Below, piece by piece: positions 9,891 to 20,597 of a DNA stretch of 64,000 nt. The first letter of the stretch is position 1; each line of letters opens with the position of its first letter. The position numbers were made by a program, and so were the translations under genes. Source of the DNA: Candidatus Methanoperedenaceae archaeon (GTDB lineage Archaea > Halobacteriota > Methanosarcinia > Methanosarcinales > Methanoperedenaceae); the NCBI GenBank assembly GCA_963753595.1, contig CAVWCX010000036.1:32001-96000 (forward strand), given 5' to 3'. Below the pieces are notes generated by a model that searched no databases, had not been told where the DNA came from, and saw nothing but the letters and a program-made list of their open reading frames with translations.

Positions 9891-11150
9891 ATGTTATTAA
9901 ATTCCATTTCTAAACTCACAAATATTGAAATTGAAAGACTTCTAAAGCGCCAGGGTGAGTTACAGGAGGTAATGCCCTCTGTAACATCCATTCTCAATGA
10001 TATAAAAGAGCATGGCGACCCTGCTCTATTAAAATACACGGCGCAATTCGATAAAGCATCCTTAGGTGATATCGAAGTTTCCCATAAAGAAATACATGAA
10101 GCTGTGTTCTCGCTTGATAAAAAGCTCCTTATACATCTAAAAAAAGCAGCGTCAAACATCCGTGCTTTCCATGAGGCTCAGGTCACAAAGGACTGGATAA
10201 AAGAATTTTCTCCAGGTATCAGGCTTGGACAGCGCATTTTGCCCCTTGGGTCGGTTGGTGCTTATGTCCCGGGCGGAAGGGCAACATATCCAAGCACTGC
10301 TCTTATGACTATCATTCCTGCAAAAGTCGCAGGTGTAAGGCAGGTTATCATGTGCACGCCCCCGAACCCTGACGGGACAGTAAACCCGCTGACCCTGGCA
10401 GCTGCACATATCGCAGGCGCAGACCGTGTTTTTCGCGTGGGCGGCGTTCAGGCAATAGCTGCAATGGCTTACGGGACAAAGACAGTTCCAAAAGTTGATA
10501 AAATAGTCGGGCCTGGCAATTTATATGTCACAGCAGCCAAAATGGCATGCGGGACAGCTATTGATTTCCCTGCGGGCCCAAGTGAAATCCTTATAATTTC
10601 GGATGAATCGGCAAGAGCTGATTTTATTGCATCTGATATGATCGCCCAGGCAGAGCATGACCCGAACGCTGTTTCTGTTCTTGTAACCCCATCAGAAACC
10701 CTTGCAAAACAGGTAATGCAAGAGATAGAGTTACAGATAAAAGAAGTGGCGCGGAAAGAGATCATAAATAGATCGCTTGAGAATGCAGCCATACTCACTG
10801 GAACACTTGAAGAATGTATTGATTTTTCAAATAAGTTTGCGCCTGAACATCTTGAAATAATGACAAAGGATGATATTCTTGGGAGGATAAAACATGCAGG
10901 TTCGATATTTGTTGGTTCTTACGCGCCTGTATCTGCGGGGGATTATGCTTCAGGAACGAACCATGTCCTTCCAACAGCAGGATATGCAAGAATGTTCTCA
11001 GGTTTGAACATTGACCATTTCGTGACAAAATCAAGCGTGCAGATAATTGAAAAGAAGGGCCTTGATGGAATGAGCGATACAATTATTGAGCTTGCGGAAG
11101 CTGAAGGGCTTTTCGCTCACGCAAATGCGGTAAGGATACGCAAGCGTTAA
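9891..11150 (+). CDS. hisD: Histidinol dehydrogenase
   Basis: [37 protein letters not shown]. Confidence 0.97.
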   Translation: MLLNSISKLTNIEIERLLKRQGELQEVMPSVTSILNDIKEHGDPALLKYTAQFDKASLGDIEVSHKEIHEAVFSLDKKLLIHLKKAASNIRAFHEAQVTKDWIKEFSPGIRLGQRILPLGSVGAYVPGGRATYPSTALMTIIPAKVAGVRQVIMCTPPNPDGTVNPLTLAAAHIAGADRVFRVGGVQAIAAMAYGTKTVPKVDKIVGPGNLYVTAAKMACGTAIDFPAGPSEILIISDESARADFIASDMIAQAEHDPNAVSVLVTPSETLAKQVMQEIELQIKEVARKEIINRSLENAAILTGTLEECIDFSNKFAPEHLEIMTKDDILGRIKHAGSIFVGSYAPVSAGDYASGTNHVLPTAGYARMFSGLNIDHFVTKSSVQIIEKKGLDGMSDTIIELAEAEGLFAHANAVRIRKR

Positions 11151-11215
11151 GATGAGGGCTGTTTTTTTCCATTCCTTAAATAGGATAGTGGCAGCTTTTT
11201 TTTCAGTTAGTCCTG

Positions 11216-11698
11216 TTACGCGACAATATATGTGGGTTTTTTTTGTGTTTTTTTTACTGCTTCTGCGAGTTTTTCCCCCATCCCGATAGCATTTAATTTA
11301 TCAGCTTCTCCCGGCATACCTTTAACTGCAATACCTGGTTTGATCAACTCGGGATTGAATACACTTACTAATTTTTCCATTGATGCAAGCGCAGCAACCT
11401 GCCTGCCCTCTCCGGTTGTAAAAAGTAATATGGGTTTACCACTCAATTTCTCTTTTAAAGGATATAAGCCCTCAATGAGATTTTTAATTTCTCCTTCCAT
11501 ATACTCAGGCGCAGAATGTGAGCCAAACGCATAACCACTAGCTGGAACTACATCATCTTGTTTGACGTCCCTTGCCCTCTTCACGTCAAATGATACATCA
11601 TCCACTTTTTTAATACCCTGCGCAATTACCTGTGCAAGTTTTTCAGTACTCCCTGTTGCAGATGCATAAGTTATCAGGATCTTTTTTTTATTAGCCAC
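11216..11698 (-). CDS. Flavodoxin-like protein
   Basis: YASATGSTEKLA FMN phosphate loop. Confidence 0.8.
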   Translation of the reverse strand: MANKKKILITYASATGSTEKLAQVIAQGIKKVDDVSFDVKRARDVKQDDVVPASGYAFGSHSAPEYMEGEIKNLIEGLYPLKEKLSGKPILLFTTGEGRQVAALASMEKLVSVFNPELIKPGIAVKGMPGEADKLNAIGMGEKLAEAVKKTQKKPTYIVA

Positions 11699-11759
11699 AC
11701 TATCATCTCTTTTTATGATTTTACCCTGAGTTATATTGCAGGAACTATAAACGCTTTTC

Positions 11760-14204
11760 TTATCCTTCCATCTTCTCTCTTAATTCCCCCGCCATCCGGG
11801 AAATCTCCTTCTTCTCGAAAATCCCTGCTATCAATTCCACAGCCTCAAGGTTCCTTGCAGCCTGGTCAAGATAATTGAGGACATCGCCTGTATATGCATA
11901 AACCCCATACTGCTTTTCAAGCTCCTTTATCACCCCGTCAGGAGCATGACCTTCAGCACATAATTCTATGACCTGGCTTGAGAATTTTCGCTCGGCACAG
12001 CCGCAGTATGGTGAATCCTTACATGTGCATGACAGGAATTCCCGGGCAAAATCAAGCATGATGCGGCGAAGGTTCTCTTTGAGCTTTGAAAAACCATCCG
12101 CCGAAAAAACAATATCAAGACCGGCGCCGAAAACTCTTGTGGGGATGTCAGTACCAAGGGCCTCGGATAACTGCGATGCATACCTGAAATAGACAGAATC
12201 AAGGGTCTTGAGGCCTGTAACAATATCCATTGGTTTAATTCCCTTGAAAATTGCATTTTTTATCAAGAATGTCTGTTCTACGCTCAGGAAATGCGATGCG
12301 ACAATAAATCCAAGTTTTGTGGGGCGGTATTCGCCTTCTTTTTTCTCGATAAAACCATATTCCCTTAATTTATCAAGCAGGAACTCAAGGTTTCCTTTGC
12401 CAAGCAGCATTTCATTTATTTTGCTGATATCAGGAAGAGAATGCGCGACAACGATATTGGAAAGAGTTTCCTCAAGCTGTTCATCATCCCCGTAATCCAC
12501 GCCAAAATGTTCAAGTACACCACGAAGCAGCCGAAAAGCCACTTCATCCTCCGAATCTCCTTTTCCGAACCTTCTTTCAGGGTCAGCCAGAAGCACAACG
12601 ATGCCAAGGTCATGGTAATCCGGTCTTCCGGCGCGCCCCAGCATCTGCTGGAATTCACGCACGGTAAGCCATTCGATGCCCATGGCAAGCGACTCAAATA
12701 TGACCTGCGACGCGGGAAAATCCACGCCTGCCGCGAGTGCTGCTGTTGTCACGACCACAGGAAGCTCTCCCCGCCCGAATTGCTCTTCAACTTTCTTTCG
12801 TTCAGGATAAGATAATCCGGCATGGTACGGAAGCGCTTTTATCGAAAGCCCTTCTGCCAGCATATGGCAGTTGCGCCGCGAATTGGTAAATACGATGGTC
12901 TGGCCGCGGAAACCCTTAGAGGATCTCTTATCATATTCCTGTCTTGCAAGCCGTTCTATCATTCGCTTTTTTTCATATTCCGGCGCGAATATCAGATGCC
13001 TCTCTATCGGGACAGGCCGTTCTTCGAACTCAATTAATCCTGCGTTCAGTTTTTCCGAAAGCCAGCCAGGATTTCCAACTGTTGCCGAGAGGTAAACGTA
13101 TTGCGCATCGGGTGCAATGAATTTCAGGCGGGCAATAAGACCATCGAGCCTGTGCCCCCTTTCTTTATCTTCAAGTGTATGCACTTCGTCAATAACAACC
13201 GTTCCGATATTGCCAAGCATATGTGCATTTCCCGCCCTCATGATAAAATCAATCCCTTCATAAGTGCCAACGATGATGTCAGAGGAAAGGGTTGTGCGGA
13301 TACCTTTGATTCCTTTGGTTATGCGGCTTGTTCCCACGCGCAGGGATGTGGTTGCGATTGAGGAATACCGGCGGGTGAATTGTTCATATTTCTGGTTGGC
13401 AAGCGCGACAAGAGGGACAAGGAAAAGCATTTTGCCTTTATTGTTCAAAATGTTGGAAAGGCCGGCAAGCTCACCTACAAGTGTTTTTCCGGTTGCGGTA
13501 GCTGAAATGATGAGCTGGTTCTTTCTTTCAAGAAGACCTGCTTCAATTGAAAGCGCCTGGACTGGCATAAGTTCTTCCATCTGTTTCAGGAGGAGCTTTT
13601 TAAGGTCATCATGGAGCGGCAGGTCTTTCACTTTTATTGTTTTATCAACTTTGCAGGCCGCCATGGTGTCAAATCGTGTCAGTCCCGAATCCAGTTTCCC
13701 GGGGCTTAGCATTGCAAGCACCCTGTCAAGGTTCTTTGTTTTCAGCAGGATCTGGATGAGACGTTCCTGCCCGAGAGTTCCCAGCTTGATTGATTTTGCC
13801 TCCTTTACCAGTTCTTTTTTTGCACAATCCTCACATACAGATTCATTGTGGAACCGTATCGGACTATTCGTTGTAAATTTACCTGCAAGAAGACAAAGGC
13901 GGCATGTTGCCGTATATCCGTAATCAAGCTGGTATGCTGTGAGAAGTTCCTTAAAACCAGCCTCAGAAGCCTCATCCCCTTCTGCGATAAGTATCTTATC
14001 AGCAAGGCGCAAAAGTTCAATTAGTTCCTCAGGCGCCCTGAAGTCTTCCTTTTCACCCTGTTTTATCCTGAATTTGCCCACGCGCGCGCCTTTCGGGGTA
14101 TGTTTCAGTATCAGGGTGCCGTAAAAGTTGGGCTCTTTTGAGTTGTCTTTTATGGGGAGGACGATGAGCTTTGACTTCTGGGGGTGGATGATGACGTGGA
14201 GCAT
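11760..14204 (-). CDS. Archaea-specific Ski2-like SF2 helicase (ASH-Ski2/DUF5814 type)
   Basis: ATATGKT, DEVH, SAT, QMLGRAGRP; Cys clusters near both termini. Confidence 0.9.
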   Translation of the reverse strand: MLHVIIHPQKSKLIVLPIKDNSKEPNFYGTLILKHTPKGARVGKFRIKQGEKEDFRAPEELIELLRLADKILIAEGDEASEAGFKELLTAYQLDYGYTATCRLCLLAGKFTTNSPIRFHNESVCEDCAKKELVKEAKSIKLGTLGQERLIQILLKTKNLDRVLAMLSPGKLDSGLTRFDTMAACKVDKTIKVKDLPLHDDLKKLLLKQMEELMPVQALSIEAGLLERKNQLIISATATGKTLVGELAGLSNILNNKGKMLFLVPLVALANQKYEQFTRRYSSIATTSLRVGTSRITKGIKGIRTTLSSDIIVGTYEGIDFIMRAGNAHMLGNIGTVVIDEVHTLEDKERGHRLDGLIARLKFIAPDAQYVYLSATVGNPGWLSEKLNAGLIEFEERPVPIERHLIFAPEYEKKRMIERLARQEYDKRSSKGFRGQTIVFTNSRRNCHMLAEGLSIKALPYHAGLSYPERKKVEEQFGRGELPVVVTTAALAAGVDFPASQVIFESLAMGIEWLTVREFQQMLGRAGRPDYHDLGIVVLLADPERRFGKGDSEDEVAFRLLRGVLEHFGVDYGDDEQLEETLSNIVVAHSLPDISKINEMLLGKGNLEFLLDKLREYGFIEKKEGEYRPTKLGFIVASHFLSVEQTFLIKNAIFKGIKPMDIVTGLKTLDSVYFRYASQLSEALGTDIPTRVFGAGLDIVFSADGFSKLKENLRRIMLDFAREFLSCTCKDSPYCGCAERKFSSQVIELCAEGHAPDGVIKELEKQYGVYAYTGDVLNYLDQAARNLEAVELIAGIFEKKEISRMAGELREKMEG

Positions 14205-14327
14205 TTGGAAGTACTGAATAGGGGGTGAGGGATATTAAAGATTGGATACTTCTCCTAGGAATAATACAAATAAAAAGGAAAGGATAGTTCAATCATCTCC
14301 TGTAGGATAGTATTTCATCGTCCCAGC

Positions 14328-14392
14328 TTCCATCCCCGCTGGCAGACCCGGCGCGTGCGGCATGCGCGGAGCCCGGACAGGTGCGGAGAATA
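14328..14392 (+). repeat. GC-rich dispersed repeat, copy A
   Basis: cagacccggcgcgtgcggcatgcgcggagcccggacaggtgcggag aligns with 15540-15615. Confidence 0.75.
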
Positions 14393-14429
14393 TTAGTTGG
14401 TTTTCGCTCTGCATTTTGATAATATATTA

Positions 14430-14858
14430 TTATCCTGCCAGCCTTCTGATTGCCTCCAGAAATTCTTTTGCAGAGATTATAGCGGCATTTGCATCTTTTT
14501 CTTGTATGTCCATCATCTCCAGTCCATATAGGGTTTCATGGCGTTCGATACGGTAAGTATCAAGCCAGTGAATGTGGCTCTGGTCAAGTTTACCAATCTT
14601 GACATAGTGGCGTTTCAGGTATTCTACAACACAGTAATGGCTTTTTTCAACAAATCCATCTTTGAATAAAAGCGCTCTAGCACCTTGGAACATGGCAGTG
14701 TAGGAATAAAGTATGACTTGCTCATAAAATCCATGCTTAAAGAGTTTTTCTGCCTCCATGATCGCCCTTTGCGCCATTTCTATTGCTTTTTCGCTCTTCA
14801 ATCTGTCAGGTAGTGCATTTCTTAACAATCTTTTTTCAAAACATTCCTCAAGGTTCAT
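14430..14858 (-). CDS. HEPN-domain protein
   Basis: YTAMFQGARALL, KSH, R-H-x3-Y motif. Confidence 0.85.
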   Translation of the reverse strand: MNLEECFEKRLLRNALPDRLKSEKAIEMAQRAIMEAEKLFKHGFYEQVILYSYTAMFQGARALLFKDGFVEKSHYCVVEYLKRHYVKIGKLDQSHIHWLDTYRIERHETLYGLEMMDIQEKDANAAIISAKEFLEAIRRLAG

Positions 14859-15412
14859 CCAACCACCGGTCTTGTTCCGAATAGAACTATTCCCTCAGTT
14901 ATGATATCCATATAAAAAGCTTTGTTTTTTTTTGCCTGTTCTCTCCATTCTGCAGGTTTAAGAACGGTGAGAGAAGTTTCTCTTTCTAATATATCCATAA
15001 GTCCGATATCTCTTTTCTTAGTAGACGAAGAAATCGCAAGAATATCTATATCGCTATTTTCATCATTCTCTCCCTTTGCAAAGCTTCCGTAAAGAACCAG
15101 GGAGCTCAATCCAGCAAGATTTTCTTTCAGGTGATCCACGATGTTTTTTTCCTCAAGCCATGCAAGATTATAAGTGACTTTTAAATGTTTAAAGACGGAG
15201 CTTTCCATGTTTCCTTTGTAAAGTATCTGGTTCTTGAATTCTTCCCTGATAATCAACCTTTCTTTGACAAGCATATCAAGTGCTCTTTTAACGGTCATGG
15301 GGCTTATTTCCAGTATCCTTGAGGCTTCCCTGAGATAGTACCTCTCGTAAGGATTTTTAATGAACAGCTCAAGAATTGTCAATTGTGTAATTTTTTGATA
15401 CAATTGTATCAT
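14855..15412 (-). CDS. Minimal nucleotidyltransferase (MntA-like) with N-terminal wHTH
   Basis: YLREASRIL HTH; LYGSFAKGE..SDIDI. Confidence 0.88.
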   Translation of the reverse strand: MIQLYQKITQLTILELFIKNPYERYYLREASRILEISPMTVKRALDMLVKERLIIREEFKNQILYKGNMESSVFKHLKVTYNLAWLEEKNIVDHLKENLAGLSSLVLYGSFAKGENDENSDIDILAISSSTKKRDIGLMDILERETSLTVLKPAEWREQAKKNKAFYMDIITEGIVLFGTRPVVG

Positions 15413-15431
15413 ATTATAGACAATTGTATCA
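15396..15431. promoter_or_regulatory. Palindromic operator pair over the MNT start codon
   Basis: Perfect TGATACAATTGTATCA at 15396-15411 and ACAATTGTATCA at 15420-15431. Confidence 0.55.
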
Positions 15432-15539
15432 GAAAGTTAATAAACCTTTGGCATTCTTTTTCTTAATGCCTGAATATGCCTTCAGATTTTTCCATAAAAC
15501 AAGTATTCTATGCCAGGATGTGCGCCGCTTCCCATTTCG

Positions 15540-15615
15540 TTCCATACCCCTGCGCTCTCCGACAGAACCCGGCGCCTGCGGGATGACGCGGAGCCCGGAT
15601 AGGCGCAGAGGACAT
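15540..15615 (+). repeat. GC-rich dispersed repeat, copy B
   Basis: cagaacccggcgcctgcgggatgacgcggagcccggataggcgcagag. Confidence 0.75.
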
Positions 15616-15645
15616 ATCGCAAGCTGTTTGCGCTATAATTTAAAT

Positions 15646-15661
15646 ATATGTTTAAACATAT
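15646..15661. promoter_or_regulatory. Palindrome upstream of vapB; likely autoregulatory operator
   Basis: Perfect 16-bp ATATGTTTAAACATAT beside a TTTAAATA box. Confidence 0.5.
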
Positions 15662-15669
15662 GTTTACTT

Positions 15670-15885
15670 ATGACAGCCAAGACCATAACAATACGCGAAG
15701 ATATTTACAAAATGCTTCTCTCGATAAAGGGTTCAAACGAGAGCTTCAGCAATTTTTTTGAACGGCTCGTGAAATCGCGAAAAAACATTGAAAAACTTAA
15801 AGAATTGAGAGGCTCTGTTGAATTCAGGAATAAAGAAGCTCTTTTGAAAGAGTTATATGATAAAAGAAAGGAGATAAGATATTGA
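15670..15885 (+). CDS. VapB-family antitoxin
   Basis: MTAKTITIREDIYKML..ESFS; start reassigned from 15424. Confidence 0.85.
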   Translation: MTAKTITIREDIYKMLLSIKGSNESFSNFFERLVKSRKNIEKLKELRGSVEFRNKEALLKELYDKRKEIRY

Positions 15886-16259
15886 TCCTTGCTGATACTG
15901 ATGTTCTTATTGAAATTTTCGATAAGAACTCAAAAAAAGGGGCAGCCGCTTTGCAGAGGATCGAGGACGCCGGGGAAGACATATCCCTGACATCATTGAA
16001 TCTCCATGAAATCCTGTATGGTATGTATAAATATGCTGATAAGCAAAAACCCGAGAGAATAATGGTGCTTGAGATTGTGGATTTCACGAAAGAAGATGCA
16101 GCTCTTTCTGCCAGACTTGAAGTGAAAGCCGAGAAAAAAGGGAATAAAGTTCCCAGTTTTGATGCAATGATCGCAGCAGTTGCAATAAATCGGGGTTTTA
16201 AATTATTCACTTTCAATAAAGACCACTTTGATGGTTTCGAAGAACTGGAACTGTTTTAG
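15882..16259 (+). CDS. VapC PIN toxin
   Basis: LADTDVLI, HEI, FDAMIAA, TFNKDHF. Confidence 0.9.
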   Translation: MILADTDVLIEIFDKNSKKGAAALQRIEDAGEDISLTSLNLHEILYGMYKYADKQKPERIMVLEIVDFTKEDAALSARLEVKAEKKGNKVPSFDAMIAAVAINRGFKLFTFNKDHFDGFEELELF

Positions 16260-16328
16260 CACATCGTAGAATTTATGTGCTTGCCTGACATAGAACCGCA
16301 GGTTTTGAGGTAACAGGAATCTGCGATC

Positions 16329-17282
16329 ATGGACAAATTGGCGATTATCACAAGGAACACGGAAGAGATAGTAACAAAAGAAGAGCTTGAAGCACTGGTC
16401 AATTCGGAAAAACAGCCATCAGCCTATGTGGGCTACGAACCCAGCGGGAAAATACACATGGGCCATGTGCTGACCGTTAACAAACTCCTTGACCTCCAGC
16501 AGGCAGGTTTCAAAATTACGGTGCTTCTTGCTGATGTACATGCTTATCTTAATGAGAAAGGGACTATGGATGAAGTCAGAAAGATCGCCGATTACAATAA
16601 AAGATGTTTCATAGCACTTGGTCTTGATGAAAAGAACACGAACTTTGTCCTGGGCTCCTCATACCAGCTGAGTTCAGAATACATGCTTGACGTCCTTAAA
16701 CTTGCCCGCAGCACCACGCTTAATCGTGCGCGGCGAAGTATGGATGAAGTGAGCCGGAATTCCGAAGACCCCAAGGTATCACAGATGATCTATCCCATTA
16801 TGCAGGCTCTTGATATCGCCCATCTTGGTGTTGATGTAGCTGTTGGCGGCATCGACCAGCGTAAGATCCACATGCTGGCGCGGGAAGGTTTGCCAGAACT
16901 CGGCTATAAGGCGCCTGTATGTATCCATACACCTATTCTTCTTGGTCTTGACGGCAAGAAAATGTCATCCAGCAAGGGGAATTACATTTCAGTGGATGAT
17001 ATGCCCGAAGATATGAAGAAGAAAATGAAAGGCGCGTTCTGCGTGGAGGGCGAGGTAAAAGATAACCCCGTACTTGCTCTTTTTAAGTACCACATCACGC
17101 CGCGTTATCCCGATATCGTGATAAAGCGCCCCGAGAAATTCGGCGGCAACCTGAATTATAACAGTTATGAGGCGCTTGAGGCTGATTTTGCTGCAAAGGC
17201 GCTGCATCCCATGGATTTGAAGACCGCAGCGGCTGAGTATATGAACGAGATACTTGATCCTGTAAGGAAGCTGATGGTTTAA
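16329..17282 (+). CDS. tyrS: Tyrosine--tRNA ligase
   Basis: YVGYEPSGKIHMGH, YPIMQALD, GGIDQRKIH, KMSSS. Confidence 0.97.
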   Translation: MDKLAIITRNTEEIVTKEELEALVNSEKQPSAYVGYEPSGKIHMGHVLTVNKLLDLQQAGFKITVLLADVHAYLNEKGTMDEVRKIADYNKRCFIALGLDEKNTNFVLGSSYQLSSEYMLDVLKLARSTTLNRARRSMDEVSRNSEDPKVSQMIYPIMQALDIAHLGVDVAVGGIDQRKIHMLAREGLPELGYKAPVCIHTPILLGLDGKKMSSSKGNYISVDDMPEDMKKKMKGAFCVEGEVKDNPVLALFKYHITPRYPDIVIKRPEKFGGNLNYNSYEALEADFAAKALHPMDLKTAAAEYMNEILDPVRKLMV

Positions 17283-17303
17283 AATAATTCAAAAGGAGTT
17301 ATT

Positions 17304-17594
17304 ATGATCACGCACGTTGTTCTTTTTAAATTGAAAGACAGAAGCCCCCAGAGCATCGAAAAAGCAAAGGATGTTCTGCTTGGCCTGAAAGGTAAGATCC
17401 CTTTCTTGCGCTACCTGGAAGTCGGGACAGACGTTCTCCACTCCGAGCGGTCTTATGACATCGCACTTATTACGAAGTTTGATTCAATGGAAGACTTGCA
17501 GGCATACCAGGTCCATCCAGTCCATCTGGAAGTGGCAAAATACATAACGGCGGTAAGGGAATCTGCGATTGCTGTGGATTTCGAATCGAAATAG
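17304..17594 (+). CDS. Dabb-family stress-responsive A/B barrel protein
   Basis: HVVLFKLK..YQVHPVH..VDF. Confidence 0.9.
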   Translation: MITHVVLFKLKDRSPQSIEKAKDVLLGLKGKIPFLRYLEVGTDVLHSERSYDIALITKFDSMEDLQAYQVHPVHLEVAKYITAVRESAIAVDFESK

Positions 17595-17678
17595 GCACCA
17601 ATTTACTCAAAACCCTGGAAATAAAAGATAATCATCATATAGTTTATTGGTTATAATAACTTAAAGAAAGCTGGAGAT

Positions 17679-18113
17679 ATGATGGATATCGAACGTATTA
17701 GAAGATACAAAGATAAAATGAACTTCATTTCTGAAAGAAGACAGGATATTGAAGAATGGATTTCAGGCTTTGATCCTTCTGATTTTATTTCTGATAAAAA
17801 GACCCGACTTGCGGTTTATAAAGCATTCCAGGAACTGGTGGAAGCATCTTTTGATATTGCTGCAATGGCATGTAAAGATTTAAAATTAATTCCGAAGGAT
17901 GACTATACAAATATCGACCTGCTATTTGAAAAAAAGATCATTAATATCGGCTTAAAAAATGCTCTTTCTGAGTCGAATGGTTTGAGGAATAGACTTGTTC
18001 ACCGTTATAATGGATTAGACGATTCCCTGGCGTTTGATTCAATCGTGGCGCATCTAACAACGATTTCGGATTTTTCAGAGGTAATCGGGATATGGTTGAG
18101 ATCAAAATTATAA
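17679..18113 (+). CDS. HepT-like ribonuclease (DUF86)
   Basis: GLRNRLVHRY (Rx4H). Confidence 0.9.
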   Translation: MMDIERIRRYKDKMNFISERRQDIEEWISGFDPSDFISDKKTRLAVYKAFQELVEASFDIAAMACKDLKLIPKDDYTNIDLLFEKKIINIGLKNALSESNGLRNRLVHRYNGLDDSLAFDSIVAHLTTISDFSEVIGIWLRSKL

Positions 18114-18487
18114 AGAAAGACTTTCTTTTCCTGTCTTTGCGGGATGATATTCTTGCTATCCTGCTTTACGGATCAGTGGCAAAAGGCGAGGAGACGCAGC
18201 GAAGCGATATAGATATCTGTATAATTTCACCTTCATGCAAAGATAAGTTAGGTTTACTGAATGAAATATACAGGAAACTGGATATATTTTCAAAAAAATA
18301 TGACGTCAGGTTTTTTGAAGAATTACCTCTTTATATTCAGATCAATGCAATAGAAAATAACCAAATAATTTATACAAAAGATGTTTATGAATTGTACGAA
18401 TATTTCTATTATTTCAGGAAGCTCTGGGAAGACCAGGCGATGAGGCAAAAAGTAACCCCTGCGGAAATGGCTGAAATTCTGGGATGA
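18092..18487 (+). CDS. MntA-like nucleotidyltransferase antitoxin
   Basis: LYGSVAKGE..SDIDIC. Confidence 0.9.
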   Translation: MVEIKIIKKDFLFLSLRDDILAILLYGSVAKGEETQRSDIDICIISPSCKDKLGLLNEIYRKLDIFSKKYDVRFFEELPLYIQINAIENNQIIYTKDVYELYEYFYYFRKLWEDQAMRQKVTPAEMAEILG

Positions 18488-18523
18488 GAGTATTGAAGAT
18501 TTGATTTCCCAAAAGCAGCGATC

Positions 18524-19087
18524 TTATTCTTGTATATCATCAACTAAATAATCACTCTGGATCTTCACAACCTCAGTGCTGTCCTTAGCTTGCGAATATC
18601 TCTCAAGAGGTTCGAGGTTCAATTCAATGAATACGGGGCCCCATTTGAATTTATTAAGAATGAGCGCTGCCTGTTCCTTTTCACCGAGAATGTAAAGCGC
18701 CGCAGCAAAAGCCTCAACTGAACTTAACTTGAATGGCTTCCCGAAATTTACTGCATTTGCCGCAAGCAGGTAGGGAAGGGCGCGGTGCTTCATCATCAGT
18801 TTTTGAAGCGTCGGAAATACACGTTCCACCTCCTCCCACGAACAATCAAGCACAACAATGCCTTTCCTGGCATCATCCGCTGGTGAGAGTGCTTGTTGGG
18901 CGAACGGGTCAAGGAATATCGCCTCCCTTGGAAGTGTCCTGGGATTTTTGTGGAGATTTGCCAGATTGAACCTGGCAAGCTTTTTCCCGGTGCACTTTTT
19001 GGGGTCGCACTGGTCGGCGTGATAGAAATGAAGGGGAATTCCATTATGCGAAAGATGTGGTATATCTTTTTTAAAAGGAGGTCTCAT
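18524..19087 (-). CDS. tsr3: rRNA aminocarboxypropyltransferase Tsr3
   Basis: [31 protein letters not shown]. Confidence 0.93.
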   Translation of the reverse strand: MRPPFKKDIPHLSHNGIPLHFYHADQCDPKKCTGKKLARFNLANLHKNPRTLPREAIFLDPFAQQALSPADDARKGIVVLDCSWEEVERVFPTLQKLMMKHRALPYLLAANAVNFGKPFKLSSVEAFAAALYILGEKEQAALILNKFKWGPVFIELNLEPLERYSQAKDSTEVVKIQSDYLVDDIQE

Positions 19088-19248
19088 TTTATAAGTACAA
19101 TTAGTCGTTTTTGCTATATATATGGGTGCATAGTATTTGTTTTCACAGCAAAGTCAGCTATGAAAGGCGTTCCTAGCTGACTTTACGGTGATTATATGTT
19201 ATAAACTCCCTTAAAGTCTTAAATACAATTACCCACATATTTCCCCCA

Positions 19249-19689
19249 ATGAAAAATTCCGAGATACTCACATGTTTCCAGTGCGGCACTTGTACAGGAA
19301 GCTGCCCCTCTGGCAAGTACACGAGCCTCAATGTGAGAAGGATCATCAAAGATTCAATAAAAAAAGACATCTCAGACCAGCCCGACCTCTGGATGTGCAC
19401 GACATGCTATAATTGTCAGGAAAGATGCCCGCGCGGAATAAAAGTAACAGATGCCATCCTGTCCCTTCGTGCCGAAGCTGTGAAAAAAGACAGGATACTG
19501 CCAGAGCACAGGGCTGTTTGTAAATTCCTTATTGAGTTGGGACATGCCGTTCCAATTGATGATATTCACAAAACCATCAGGGAAAAAATCGGGCTTTCGC
19601 AGCCTGAGACCGTAAGTAAGTATCCGAAAGCGCTAAAGGATGTAAAAACACTTCTTGAATCATGCGGTTTTAATGAGCTGGTAAAATAA
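19249..19689 (+). CDS. hdrC: Heterodisulfide reductase subunit C
   Basis: CFQCGTCTGSCP and CTTCYNCQERCPR. Confidence 0.95.
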   Translation: MKNSEILTCFQCGTCTGSCPSGKYTSLNVRRIIKDSIKKDISDQPDLWMCTTCYNCQERCPRGIKVTDAILSLRAEAVKKDRILPEHRAVCKFLIELGHAVPIDDIHKTIREKIGLSQPETVSKYPKALKDVKTLLESCGFNELVK

Positions 19690-20597
19690 TGAAGGACTTA
19701 TCTCTTTTCCTGGGATGCGTGATCCCTAACCGTTATCCTGGCATCGAAAAAGCTACAAGGCTGATACTTGACAGGCTCGGGATAAAATGGAGTGAACTGA
19801 AGGAAGCTTCATGCTGCCCCGCGCCCGGGATATTCCGTTCGTTTGATAAAGTAACATGGCTCACGATCGCTTCAAGGAACATAGTGCTGGCAGAAGAAAA
19901 TAACACTGACATCCTGACGATCTGCAATGGCTGCTTCAGTTCCCTGATGGATGCCAACAATATTTTAAAGAACGACACAGCTCTTCGAAATGAAGTGAAT
20001 TTACATCTTAAAAAGATCAATAAGGAGTATAAAGGCACTATAGAGATCAGGCATATAATTGAATTCCTGGATAAAGAGATCGGTGCAAAAAACCTGAATA
20101 AATTAATTGAGAAACCACTTGAACTAAGAGTCGCAGTGCATTACGGATGTCATCTCCTGAAACCAACAAAAGACAGGTTACTTGGAGGTGCAGAATGCCC
20201 GGTGTTTTTTGACCGGCTTGTGGAAGCAACAGGCGCTGTAAGTGTTCCGTATGAAGGAAAAACAAGTTGCTGCGGTGCTGGAGGGGGTGTGCGTTCGGCA
20301 ATGCTTGAAACTTCTTTTAAGATGACAGAATATAAACTGGACCGGATCAAAAAAGCTGGTGTTGACTGCATTGTAGAAGCATGTCCATTTTGTCATCTTC
20401 AATACGATGGCGCTCAGGTAGAACTTGCAAAAGCCGGAAAAACCTACAATATCCCGGTCGTACATTACAGCCAGCTGCTTGGGCTGGCATTCGGCTATAC
20501 GCCTGAAGAAGTCGGGCTGAACCTCAATGCTGTGAGGAGCCCTGAATTTGAAGCTAAGATCGCCCTGATCCAGAAAAAAGATACATCTGTCAAATGA
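19689..20597 (+). CDS. hdrB: Heterodisulfide reductase subunit B
   Basis: Two CCG domains: SCCPAPG/CNGC and HYGCH, CCGAGGG/CPFC. Confidence 0.95.
   Translation: MKDLSLFLGCVIPNRYPGIEKATRLILDRLGIKWSELKEASCCPAPGIFRSFDKVTWLTIASRNIVLAEENNTDILTICNGCFSSLMDANNILKNDTALRNEVNLHLKKINKEYKGTIEIRHIIEFLDKEIGAKNLNKLIEKPLELRVAVHYGCHLLKPTKDRLLGGAECPVFFDRLVEATGAVSVPYEGKTSCCGAGGGVRSAMLETSFKMTEYKLDRIKKAGVDCIVEACPFCHLQYDGAQVELAKAGKTYNIPVVHYSQLLGLAFGYTPEEVGLNLNAVRSPEFEAKIALIQKKDTSVK

Noticed and set aside
13264-13923. Long antisense ORFs such as this 219-aa frame, 24963-25502 and 28662-29207
   Set aside because: Shadow frames opposite well-conserved genes, with no motifs
15424-15669. Long N-terminal extension of VapB in the ORF track
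   Set aside because: It runs through a repeat and the promoter; the family N-terminus starts at ATG 15670
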